From Squalus acanthias (Eukaryota), in the NCBI GenBank assembly GCA_030390025.1, contig CM059432.1:4960001-5024000 (forward strand): a DNA stretch of 64,000 nucleotides, in the 5' to 3' direction. Both the position numbers and the translations under genes were made by a program. Shown here in pieces: positions 13,412-24,474 of the stretch. The notes under the pieces are model-generated. The model saw only the letters and a program-made list of their open reading frames with translations. It made no database searches and was not told the origin of the DNA. Within the stretch, counting starts at the first letter, position 1. Every line of letters begins with the position of its first letter.

Positions 13412-15202
13412 CTGTTCAGTAATTGCTCCTCGCAGGTCTGGGGTGATGGGGTACTGTCTCTGGGGAGGGGGGTCCCCTTCCTCCAGGACCACCTCACCCT
13501 TCATTTGTCTGGCGGACCCTGTGTCGATTGAAGATATATCCCACTGCCCTTCCACTCATGCCTCGATAAGGGTATGACCACCCCTATCCTGAAGTAAGGG
13601 TCCTAAAGGAACGACGTGTGTGGTTGAGGCGCGGCCTCCCGATTGCGATTCTGCCTCACTTGCTGAATCTACCCCCGACCTCACCAACTGGATCGCGGTG
13701 TCATTCCCGTCTATGATTCTTGCTCCTTTTTCCCGATTCTTCAACTTTTCTTTTAACTTCTCTAATTCTTTACCCAATCCCTATCCCTGTCCTCTTATCA
13801 ACTGATGGGTCAGGACCCAGGTCCTGGCCCTGCTCCCCTCATGCGACCCCACTCAGGCCCTTCTGCCTTCCATCGCTGTAACCCCTGTCTCGCTTCCATG
13901 ACTGGGATACCTCCAGCTCTCTGATACAAGCTTTCTACCCTCGCCAAACATTTATCAAAACTCTCGTCCCCGCCCCAGGCAACTACTTCCAGAACTACTG
14001 AGAGGGGTAGAAGAGTCAAAATAATCTCTCTCTGTGTATCATCCCCATAATAACTGATACCAATCCAATTAGTTCCCACAACTGGAATATACGTTCCCCG
14101 GCTCCTTCCCCTGGTAATAATGCATGCCGTTTTATCAACTGTGGCCCTGAGTGAGCACCGAAGATTGCAACTATTATTCTACCAAGCAGCGACCTGGGAT
14201 TTGTTTCAAATGCTGCCACCTTTCCCCGGTGATTCCCTAAAGCTCGTAGATCGTATGAACCTTCTGTTTCTCCGATATGTCCCCTGACTGCCACCATCCC
14301 AGAATATTACACTGACATTTGGCAAACTTAAGATCCCACTTCACCAAGGATAGCTCTCACATCCTGTAACTTTACCCCTCCTCGCTCATACCAGGAATCC
14401 TCAAAACCACGAAAGGTAGTATTTCCTTCACGAGCTCCACAGGGAGTGGAAGATTAATGTTTATGCTCTCGCTTTGTCTGCCCGAACGTGCTTCCACCAC
14501 TCTCCGCATTACTGGAAGGTCGTGTGTACTGTTACGGGGCGACAAGCGTCTGAGGAGCCGAAGAGGCATCTAACTTCTCCGCCTCCGTACCCAACGTTGT
14601 CACTCGAACCACGCGGGTTCGGGGCGCCGAAGTCGGAGGAGGAGGCAGAGGGGGTGTGGAAGGGAACGGTGGGCGGAAGGGAACGGTGGGCATGCTCCTT
14701 GCCCCCTAATCTCCTTTTCAACTCTTGGATGTGGAAAATCCTCTGACCACCACCAGACTTCATCAATTTCTGTCTCCGCTGGGCAAGCTAATACCACCAT
14801 CTGTTGTAGCTTCAATATTCCTTTCTCTAAATCTTGATTACGGTTCTGTTCGTCCGCAAGATGCTGATCCAGCGTCAGAACAGTCCTGGCTGCGCCGAGC
14901 GCCTGGAATCTCCAGTTTTCGACCTCTTTACTGGCTGCTGCTCGCTGTTCTGTAAGTTCTGAGACTTCTCTATCTCTAGCCTCAGCCTCTTCTCCTAACT
15001 TTTGAATCCCCAGCATGAGACACTGTAACACTAATGCTTTTCTCTTTTTATCGCTTTTTAACCCTAACACCTTAATCTTTTTTAACTGGACACTCTCCGC
15101 TAAGGACTGCCGTGCCTCTCTCCATCCTCCTGTCATTGTTTCCTGCCCCGTAAGGTCCCCCTTTAGACTCAATCCATTCATTAAGAAATGGCCGAACCTC
15201 AA
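13412..15202 (-). pseudogene. Decayed gag-like region followed by vestigial protease (IDTGS) and RT N-terminus (PPPQRQYPI)
   Basis: A chain of frameshifted minus-strand ORFs starts just after the PBS. It has a coiled-coil-like N-terminus and an in-frame ...IEA*VEGQWDISSIDTGSARQMKGEVVLEEGDPPPQRQYPI. Confidence 0.65.
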
Positions 15203-15258
15203 CAGGAATATTCCCTGATCCTCCCATTGCTAACTGGAGATCCCTTTAAGTTGAAAAT

Positions 15259-15276
15259 ATCACGTCGGAGTCACCA
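15259..15276 (-). promoter_or_regulatory. Primer-binding site complementary to the tRNA-Trp 3' end
   Basis: Minus strand TGGTGACTCCGACGTGAT, 3 nt from the LTR. This is 17/18 identical to the tRNA-Trp PBS TGGTGACCCCGACGTGAT. Confidence 0.85.
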
Positions 15277-15279
15277 AGA

Positions 15280-16422
15280 TGTTGGACTGCTTTCTTGTTC
15301 TTTTTCATTTCTTTTCGTTGCTTTAAACATCAGATTACACACACACTCAGTTGTAGTAATGCAGGATCAGGTCTTTATTGAAACCTCATTACTACACAAA
15401 ACCAGTAGAAGAGTTTAGGTCTTTTCATACTACACAAACCAGCATGAGCTGCTGAGACACACACTTTCCATGATTCCAGTGTGAGCTAGCCGTTTTTGAG
15501 ACATACACGAGCCAATTCCAGTGTGTGCTACTAAACAGTGTTCCCTTACATTTCTTATACTAATTTTGCCCTTTGATCACTACATGCATACAAGTCCCGT
15601 TCACCCATCACCCCCTGTGCTCGCTGACCTACATGGGCTCCCGGTTAAGCAACGCCTCGATTTCAAAATTCTCATCCTGGTTTTCAAATCCCTCCATGGC
15701 CTCACCCCTCCCTATCTCTGTAATCTCCTTCAGCCCCACAAACCACCCCCACCCCCCCGGAGATATCTGCACTCCTCTAATTCTGCCCTCTTGAGCATCC
15801 CTCATTTCAATCGCTCCTCCACCGGTGGCCGTGCCTTCTGTTGCCTAGGCCCTAAGCTCTGGAATTCCCTCACTAAACCTCTCCGCCTCACTACCTCTCT
15901 TTCCTCCTTTAAGACGCTCCTTAAAACCTACTTCTTTGACCAAGCTTTTGGTCACCAGTCCTAATTTCTCCTTATGTGGCTCGGTGTCAAATTTTTTGTC
16001 TTTTAATACTCCTGTGAAGCGCCTTGGGACGTTTTATTGCGTTAAAGGTGCTATATAAATACAAGTTGTTCTTGTTATCAATAAATCATGGTACATCAAA
16101 GGTACATACAAATGCCACACAATAACAACATAAACTAAACATCCAGGCTCTCAAGTCTTTTAATTGTTTTAGCGCCACAATAAAACCTCACTCCCTAAAC
16201 AGAGTTATCAAATTGACACATTCAGATATGGCTGAAGGACTCTTACACATCCTACTATTGTATTTCCCCTGAAGGCATCCTTTCCCCAAAATCCTCTTAG
16301 CCAATTTACAACCCGTGCTCAGCAGCAAGCGGTTTGAACTTTTAACCCAGCATGTGCTGGTCTCTCAAACTGCGCTAAAAGAATAGCGAGGCATTCGGGT
16401 AATATAGGCTTTCACTCCCACA
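15280..16422 (-). repeat. 5' LTR (contains an L2 3' fragment at ~15587-16075)
   Basis: Direct repeat of the uninterrupted parts of 1262-4447. Minus-strand AATAAA at 15374-15379. Confidence 0.9.
15587..16075 (+). mobile_element. L2 LINE 3' fragment
   Basis: PVLADLHGLPVKQRLDFKIL, GGRAF..GPKLWNSL, (GTT)n tail. Confidence 0.88.
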
Positions 16423-16532
16423 CAGCACTCCCTCAATATTGCACTGAAGTGTCAGCCTAGATTATGTACTCAAGTATTTGCAGTTGAACTTGAAGTCATA
16501 ACCTTCTTACTCAGAGGTGGGAGTGCCATCAT

Positions 16533-17085
16533 GGTAGTACACTCGCCTCTGAGTCAGAAGGTTGTGGGTTCAAGTCCCGCTCCAGAGACTTGAACACATA
16601 AATCTAGGCTGACACTCCAGTGCAGTGCTGAGGGAGTGCCGCACTGTCGGAGGTGCCCTCTTTCGGATGAGATGTTAAACCGAGGCCCTGTCTGTCCTCT
16701 CAGGTGGACGTAAAAGATCCCATGGCCACTATTTCAAAGAAGAGCAGGGGAGTTATCCCCAGTGTCCTGGGCCAATATTTATCCCTCAACCAACATAACA
16801 AAAATACAGTTCTGACGAAGGGTCATCGACCTGAAACGTTGACTCTGTTTCTCTCTCCACAGATGCTGCCTGACCTGCTGAGTATTTCCAGCATTTTCTG
16901 TTTTTATAACAAAAAAAACAGATCATCTGGTCGTTATCACATTGCTGTTTGTGGGAGCTTGCTGTGCGCAAATTGGCTGCCGCGTTTCCCACATCACAAC
17001 AGTGACTCCACTTCAAAAGTACTTCATTGACTGAAAAGCGCTTTGAGATGTCTGGTGGTCGTGAAAAGCACTGTATAAATGCAAG
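16533..17085 (+). mobile_element. DeuSINE (SacSINE1-like)
   Basis: tRNA-like head (GGTTCAAGTCC B box), Deu core and L2-type tail. Confidence 0.85.
16808..16844 (+). ncRNA. Minimal hammerhead motif (family B) in a ~100-bp insert within a SINE
   Basis: AGTT-CTGACGA-A-GGGTC atc GACCT-GAA-ACGT-T-GACT. The insert is flanked by ATAACAAAAA. Confidence 0.75.
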
Positions 17086-17087
17086 TA

Positions 17088-17452
17088 CAGGAAACTCTTT
17101 ATTAACCGGCACCCAAATATCCGGAAATCTCTCTTAACCGGCAAAATTCTTGAGTAGGTAACCGGGGTTTTCCTTCATCTCTCGTTTAAAATTAACTTTA
17201 AAAAAAACCCCCGAGGCGTTTGCCTTGTATCGGAGCGTGGAGATTGGGAGGGGAATGTGCAGCCCGGGTAGGCAGCGGACACGACAGATGGTCAGCTGGC
17301 GGTCCCCGGGGAGACGGAGCTCCGAATGCAGGCGCATGTCAATGTGTACGGGGCTCTCGTACGTTGGGAGATATAACTCTCCGTTATCCGGACTTTTTGA
17401 TTAACCGGCACCACGCCGGTCCCGCCGGTGCCGGTTAATAAAGAGTTTCCTG
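17088..17452. mobile_element. Related Tc1/mariner-pogo-type MITE
   Basis: TIR CAGGAAACTCTTTATTAACCGGCACC with TA flanks. Shares internal motifs with 1379-1710 in the opposite orientation. Confidence 0.88.
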
Positions 17453-18026
17453 TATTTCTTCTTTTTTTCTTTCACAGCCAACATTTTTTATTATAAAAGT
17501 TTGTTGCATCTATAATTTTTCCCACCTAGGTCATTCCTGCACTATTAAATTCCTGTCAAGCTGAAGCTTTAAATGCACTTTCATGTTCAAGATTCACTCC
17601 CCAATCTGCAGTCAACAGAACACGTAAAAAAAAGGCCTCAGAACACTTTCTTCGGCCTTATGTTTTTCCTCAATAGAGTGGATAACTTTTAAAACATATA
17701 TAAAACTATTGGACAAGTTACAGAACTTACTCACATACACTAGGTTTCGAATCAATTAGTAAAGAGTGAAAACCTAATCCCCCCCCAAGATGCAATTTTG
17801 TAATGGGAGGAACTGACTATTTTGACACAGCTCATTTGCTTCTGCAGTTGTGAGGTGATAATCTAGCGCTATATGGCATGCTGTCTGGGAAGTGACATCA
17901 GTCCATAAATGGCCAGAGACAAGCACTTGCAGAACGTTCAGCCTATCCATATCAAATAGAGAATTGTGCAACCGCTACTCTCATTTTCAGAATAGGATAG
18001 CTTAAGTACTTCAACTTGGTTGATAA

Positions 18027-18500
18027 AAGAAAGACTTGCATTTATAGAGCGCCTTTCACGACCTCAGGACGTCCCAAAGCGCTTTACAGCCAATTTAATA
18101 CTTTTAAGTGTAGTCACTGTTGTAATGCAGGAAATGCAGCAGCCAATTTGCGCACAGCAAGCTCCCACAAACAGCAAATGTGTTAATGACCAAATAATCT
18201 GGTTTTGTTTTTAAAGTGATGATAATTGAGGGATAAATATTGGCCAGGACACCGGGGAGAACTCCCCTGCTCTTCTTCAAAATAGTAGCCGTGGGATCTT
18301 CTACGTCCACCTGAGAGAGCAGACGGGGCCTCGGTTTACGTCTCATCCGAAAGAAGGCACCTCCGACAGTGCAGCACTCCCTCAGTACTGTACCGGAGTG
18401 TTAGCCTAGACTTTTTTGCTCAAGTCTCTGGAGTGGGACTTGAACCCACAACCTTCTGACTCAGAGGCGAGGGTTCTGCTCACTGAGCCACAGCCGACAC
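18027..18500 (-). mobile_element. DeuSINE (SacSINE1-like), full length
   Basis: A box TGGCTCAGTG and B box on the minus strand, plus core and tail. Confidence 0.88.
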
Positions 18501-19642
18501 TTAATATTAACTTAATTAATATGGTCAAAAATCTGCTTTATAAAAAAAGCATACTTTAGCCACCCTATTTTGCTATTAAAATATACAAGTATTAAAAATA
18601 TGAAAACAAATTCAATGCAAAGTAAAGACTTAAAGCGAAGTACAAACTTAGTCCCACTTTGAAAAGACTGCACTTGGACTCCACTTTCATATTGTTTCCT
18701 CCTCGGAGATGTATACACGTTACCAAAAGGAGATACACCAAATACAGCAGCCACGGTATCACATGAAATCATTAAATTTCAAAAGGTTTTTACTTGTCAT
18801 GGCACGAGGCTTGTCATTTTCTGCTAGATACACAAAGGGTTATATACTGCAGTATTTGAGCACACTTCAAAAATTTCACTTTGCAATGAATCAGGCCCAC
18901 TTGCGATGCCAACTGGCCGCTGTGAAGAAGCGTCTTGGAGAATGTTAATCATTTTAGTGCAGCACAAAAACCTGCAGTAACAGATAGCAAACCAGCTAGG
19001 CGTACACGAAAACACACCAATCACCCCACAAAAACTGGTCTTCTATAACCTTTCAATAAATCCAAAATATATTTTTACAATCTCCTTCCTTGCACAACAC
19101 ACCATCTGACATTCCTCCCAATAGATTAAGAAATAAACAGCGAAAAAAGGTAGTGCAATAACTAGGGCCAATTGCTGCCTTGCCAGTTCAAAGAGAGCTA
19201 TTTAACAGGTGAGCACAAATCCAGAAAAATAACCATTAAGAATCGCCACATTATCTGCAAAAACATCAGATTGATTTGATTTCATAGCTGGATACAAATA
19301 AAATCATATGTTTCCCCTATAGTACAGTGCAACATTTAGTAACACTAAACATCTAGCAGCTATTTTACACAGTACTGTAAGTATTAGGATTAGCAAATCA
19401 TATGAATCTGACAAGAGAACTGATGACATTGAGGGAAATGGGCAATCCTTGTACACTGAGGGAATCATGAGCACTCAGTGTACAATCACACAGTCAGATT
19501 TCAGGTTAACAATCATTTTCAACTGCCTTTGCCCACCTAAATATTGTACCATTTTTTTTAAAAACTGACTTTTTTTTTAAATAGAAAAAAACTGCAAGCA
19601 CATGGATGATTAAAAAAACCATTTTGGGTCAAATCCTCTTAC

Positions 19643-19751
19643 CTATTCCGGGTGCCACATAGATGAAGTAAAGGCATGACGAAGACAAGGAGAAGAAGAA
19701 GATGAAGGCGAAGAAGGAACGGTTGGAAACACGCAGGACTTTCTTCAACAT
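19643..19751 (-). CDS. B4GALT6: Beta-1,4-galactosyltransferase 6, first coding exon (cytoplasmic tail + TM anchor)
   Basis: The minus strand reads MLKKVLRVSNRSFFAFIFFFSLSSSCLYFIYVAPGI plus 1 nt, then a G|GTAAG donor. This matches the recalled B4GALT6 N-terminus (RVSNRS...FIFFFSLSSSCLYFIYVAPGI) better than B4GALT5. Exon 2 was not found in the window. Confidence 0.93.
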
Positions 19752-20099
19752 TCTGGGGAAATGATTAAATTAACTTCTCACTCAAAAAGGAAATCCCTAC
19801 CCTTCCCTTCCCCCCCAATTTAAATCCTCGAAAGCTTGTTTTTTTTTTATATAAATAGATAAATAAAAGTGGAAGAGTTAAAAATGCAGAAGATGTCAAG
19901 GCTGCACTGGCAGCATCCTGCAGCACTGGAGGGCTCTCCTCTCCTCAGCTCCCCTCCTTGCTCAGAGACAACTCAGGCCAATGGAGGAGTGACCGAGTGC
20001 CACAGCCAAGAGATTTCCACACCAAATAACACCACAGCGATTTTCCAAAAGAAATAAAAAGATTAAATCATCTGGGGTTATTTTTTTTTTTAATCGTCC

Positions 20100-20730
20100 C
20101 ACACGCATGAAAAGAAAGCTCTTTTCCTCCTGCGCCTCCGCCAGCCGGGCTATGTGAGGAGGCCCTCAGGGGCTGGGGGCGGGGAGCGGGCTCAGGTTGC
20201 TGTGTGTGTTGTGGGGGGTGGGCGGGGAAGGGGGGGAGGGGCGGCTGAGACTGGGATCTGGGAGGAGGAGCGAGGGGGTGGGGGACGCGGCGGCGGCGGC
20301 GGCGAGGGCCTCTAGCTGGTCGCCATGGAGATCCCGTCAGCCGGTGATCTCACAGAGCAGGCGCGCAGCTTCTCTTCTCGTCTCGCCAAGCCCCGCCCCC
20401 TGACGTTGGAAGCCCGTTTGTTTTGAATGGAGCGGCGCGCGCGCTTTCAGGAGGAGGAGGAGGGGGGGGGGGAAAGTGCTGGATGTGGTGACGTCAGCGG
20501 GGGGGCGCGTGCTGGACGCGGTGACGTTGGATAAGGAGGAGGTGGGGCGTGTGCTGGACGCGGCGACGTTGAGGAGGGGGGCGCGCGTGCTGGACGTGGT
20601 GACGTTGGATAAGGAGGAGGTGGGGCGTGTGCTGGACGCGGTGACGTTGGGAGGCTGGCGGTTCGTCGTTGGCTGTCCGCTGCCATTTGGCGATGAACCC
20701 CGGCAGGCTGGCGTTTCGATCGCAATCTCT
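20100..20730 (-). promoter_or_regulatory. CpG island / promoter and 5' UTR of B4GALT6
   Basis: GC- and CpG-rich, with a (GCG)n run near 20287-20303, GC boxes and TGACGTCA at 20489-20496. Lies 0.35-1 kb upstream of the B4GALT6 ATG. Confidence 0.8.
20476..20651. repeat. Minisatellite of five GTGCTGGAYGYGGYGACGT units
   Basis: Five copies of the core are separated by purine-rich spacers, with a partial ~78-bp higher-order duplication (20507-20584 vs 20585-20650). Confidence 0.85.
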
Positions 20731-20952
20731 GGCTTGCAGGGTGAGGAAACCAAAAACCCAAATGAAAATCAAATCCTTTGTTGTTTTCAAGTGAGGTGAC
20801 AAAGCTGCTGCGATCGCATTTCTTCCATGTTAGCAATTGTGCTCCACATCAGCCTCCTTCTTCCAGCTCGCTTCATAATCAGCGGATCCTTCTACCCCTC
20901 TGGCCCACTGTGTCTGCCAGCGAGTTGGAGTCGGGCCTGGACTCAGGGCAGG

Positions 20953-23900
20953 AGTCATAACGGCATAGAAGGAGGCCATTCGGCCCATGGAGTCCGTGCC
21001 GGCTCTCTGCAGAGCAATCCAGTCAGTCCCATTCCTCCCCCTGTAGCCCTGCAAGTTTATTTCCCTCAAGTGCCTCTCCAGTCTCCCCTTGAAAACATCG
21101 AGTGTCTCCACTTCCACCACTTCCGTCGGCAGCGAGTTCCAGGTCCTCACCACTCGCTGCGTAAAAAAGTTTTTCCTCACATCCCCCCCCTATCTCTTGC
21201 CCAAAACCTTAAATCTGTGTCCCCTAGTCCTTGTTCCATCGAAACATAGAAGATAGGAGCAGGAGTAGGCCATTCGGCCCCTCGAGCCTGCTCCGCCATT
21301 CGATGAGATCATGGCTGATCATCCACATTCAGTACCCTGTCCCTGCCTTTTCCCCATGTCCCTTGATCCCTTTAGCTTTAAGAAATATATCTAACTCCTT
21401 CTTGAATATATTTAATGACTTGGCCTCAACTGCCTTCTGTGGTAGAGAATTCCACAGGTTCACCACTCTCTGGGTGAAGAAATTCTTCCTCATTTCTGTC
21501 CTAAATGACTTACCCCTTATCCTTAGACTGTGACCCCTGGTTCTGGACTCTCCGACCATCGGGAACATTCTTCCTGCATCTAGTTTGTCCAGACCTGTCA
21601 GAATTTTATATGTTTCGATGAGATCCCCTCTCATTCTTCTATACTCCAGCGAGTATAAGCCCAATCGACCCAATCTTTCCTCATATGTCATTCCTGCCAT
21701 CCCAGGTATCAGCCTTGTGAATCTTCGCTGAACTCCTTCCATGGCAAGAACATCCTTCCTCAGATAAGGCGACCAAAACTGCACACAACTCAAGGTGTGG
21801 TCTCACCAAGGCCCTGTACAACTGCAGCAGGACATCCCTGTTCCTATACTCAAACCCTTTCGCTATGAAGGCCAACATACCATTTGCCTTCTTCACCGCC
21901 TGCTGCACCTGCATGCTTACTTTCAGCGACTGGTGCACAAGGACACCCAGGTCTCGTTGCACTTCCCCTTCTCCCAATCTATTGCCATTCAGATAATAGT
22001 CTGCCTTTCTGTTTTTGACACCAAAGTGGATAACCTCGCATTTATCCACGTTATATTGCATCTGCCACGCTTCTGCCCACTCACCCAACCTGTCCAAATC
22101 ATCCTGGAGTTTCTCGGTATCCTCCTCGCAGCTCACACTCCCACCCAGCTTTGTGTCATCTGCAAGCTTGGAGATATTACATTTAGTTCCCTTATCTAGA
22201 TCATTAATGTATATTGTGAATAGCTGGGGTCCAAGGACCGATCCCTGCGGTACCCCACTAGTCACTGCTTGCCACTCGGAAAAAGACCCATTAATTCCTA
22301 CTCTCTGCTTTCTGTCCGCCAACCTGCCTTCTTAACCGCCTGCTGCACCTGCATGCTTACTTTCAGCGACTGATGCACAAGGACACCCAAGTCTCGTTGC
22401 ACTTCCCCCTTTCCCAATCTATTGCCATCAACTAGTGGGAACAGCCTTTCCCCGTCTAGTCTATCCAAACCCATCATAATCTTGTACACCTCTATCAAAT
22501 CACCCCACAACCTCCTTTGCTCTAATGAAAACAAATCCAGCTTCTCCAATCTGTCCTTGTAGCTAAGATCCCCCATCCCCGGAACCATTCTGGTAAATCT
22601 CCTCTGCACCCTCTCGAGGGCCTTCACATCCTTCCTAAAGTGTGGTGACCAGAACTGGACACAATACTCCAGTTGTGGCCTAACCAGTGCTTTATAAAGG
22701 TTCAGCATAACTTCTCTACTTTTGTACTCAATACCTCTATTTATGAAGCCCAAGATCCCATATGCTTTGCTAATCACTTTCTCAATATGTCCCACCACCT
22801 TCAGGGACCTATGCACATTAACTCCCAGGTCCCTCTGTCCCTGCACACTCTTTAAAACTGTGCCATTAAGTGTATATTGCCTCTCCCTCTTCCTTCTGCC
22901 AAAATGCATCACCTCACACGTCTCTGTATTAAATGCCATCAGCCACTTGTCTGCCCATTCTGCTAGCCTTTCTATGTCCTGTTGCAGTCGATTGGTATCA
23001 TCCTCACTGTTTGCCACACCTCCAAGTTTGGTGTCATCAGCAAATTTAGAAATTCTACACTGTATTCCAATATCCAGGTCATTTATATATATCAAAAAAA
23101 GCAGTGGTCCCAGCACTGACCCTTGGGGAACACCACTGTCTACCATCCTCCGGTCTGAAAAACAGCTATTTACCACAACTCGCTGTTTTCTGTCCTTAAG
23201 CCAATACCTTATCCAAGCTGCCACTGACCCACCTATTCCATGAGCCTCAATTTTGTTAACCAGCCTTCTATGTGGTACTTTGTCAAACACCTTCCTAAAA
23301 TCCATGTAGACAACATCCATTGCCTTCCCTTCATCAATCCTCCCTGTTACTTCATCAAAAAATTCAATTAGATTAGTCAAACACAATCTGCCTTTTACAA
23401 ATCCGTGTTCACTCTCCTTAATTAGCTTAAACCTCTCCAAGTGCCCGTTAATTTTTCCCTTGATTATTGTTTCTAAAACTTTACCCACCACTGATGTTAA
23501 ACTGACCAGCCTGTAGTTACCAGGATTGTCCTTACATGCTTTCTTGAACAATGGTGTCACATTTGCCACTTTCCAATCCTCAGGCACCTCCCCCGCATCT
23601 AGGGAAGATTGGAAAATTATGGCAAGCCCTTCCGCTATCTCCTCCCCCAATTCCCTTAGCAACCTGGGATGCAAGCCATCTGGACCAGGCGACTTATCCA
23701 CTCGAAGCATACCCAGCCTTTCGAGTACATCCTGTCTATCAATTTTCACCCCTTCCATTGCTTTTACCTTTTCCGCTTCTACCGATATTTTGTCAGCATC
23801 CACCTCCTTAGGAAATACCGATACAAAGTACTCATTGAGTATTCTAGCCTTGCCCTGCGCCTCTAAGCATGTATCACCTTCTTTGTCCCTAATAGGCTCC

Positions 23901-24474
23901 ACCCCGCCTCTTACTACCCGCTTACTGTTAACATGCCGGTAGAAGATTTTTGGGTTCCCTTTTATGTTAACCGCCATTCTACTCTCAGATTCTCTCTTTG
24001 CCAATCTTATTTTCATCTTCACTTCCCCTCTCAACTTAGTATTTGGTCTGGTTCTGCCTTAAAGAATTCACCTGACATTCATCATACACCCTCTTTTTTT
24101 GTTTCATCATCTTCTCTATCTTCCTAGTCATCCAAGGAGCCCTTGCTTTGGTTCCCTTACCCTTCCCTCTTGTTGGAATGTATCAAGCCTGTACTTGGAA
24201 CATCTCCTCCTTAAAGATCACCCATTGTTCCGTTACGGTTTTTCCTGTTAGTCTTTGGTTCCATTTTACCCTGGCTAGATCCTTTCGCATCCCATTGAAG
24301 TTAGCCCTATTCCAATTTAGAAGTTCCACTCTAGATTGTTCCTTGCTCCTCTCCATTGCTAATCTAAATCTTATGATACGATGATCACTCGTACTCAAGT
24401 GTTCTCCCATAGACACTTGGTCGACCTGGCCCACCTCATTCCCCAGCACCAGATCCAGCAATGCCTCCTTCCTA
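20953..24474 (-). mobile_element. CR1 LINE (endonuclease end + RT), interrupted by a second CR1 at 21241-22427
   Basis: [46 protein letters not shown]. Confidence 0.92.
21241..22427 (-). mobile_element. Nested CR1 3' fragment of a different subfamily
   Basis: Has its own RT C-terminus and 3' tail. The host CR1 resumes at CCATC|AACTAGTGGG. Confidence 0.85.

Larger units (their letters stand above)
1262..16422 (-). mobile_element. Non-autonomous LTR retroelement / endogenous retrovirus-like provirus with nested insertions
   Basis: TG...CA LTRs at 1262-4447 and 15280-16422; TSD CAGCA at 1257-1261 and 16423-16427, splitting a SINE; PBS and PPT on the minus strand; gag/pro/RT-like remnants. Confidence 0.9.

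Noticed and set aside
15390..15446. Small insertion in the 5' LTR flanked by a TACTACACAAA(A)CCAG duplication
   Set aside because: It is a real difference between the LTRs but too short to assign or interpret.
18709..18948. FLLVMARG peptide resembling B4GALT6 exon 2
   Set aside because: It is on the wrong strand and the similarity does not extend.
20476..20651. CRISPR-like repeat-spacer array
   Set aside because: The context is eukaryotic, the spacers are themselves repeated purine tracts, and there are no cas genes.
20197..20836. Overlapping ORFs of 68-138 aa in the CpG island
   Set aside because: Low-complexity translations of GC-rich minisatellite sequence.
22298..24034. 578-aa ORF as a functional gene
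   Set aside because: It is a CR1 ORF2 fragment with a broken endonuclease region upstream and a chimeric end.
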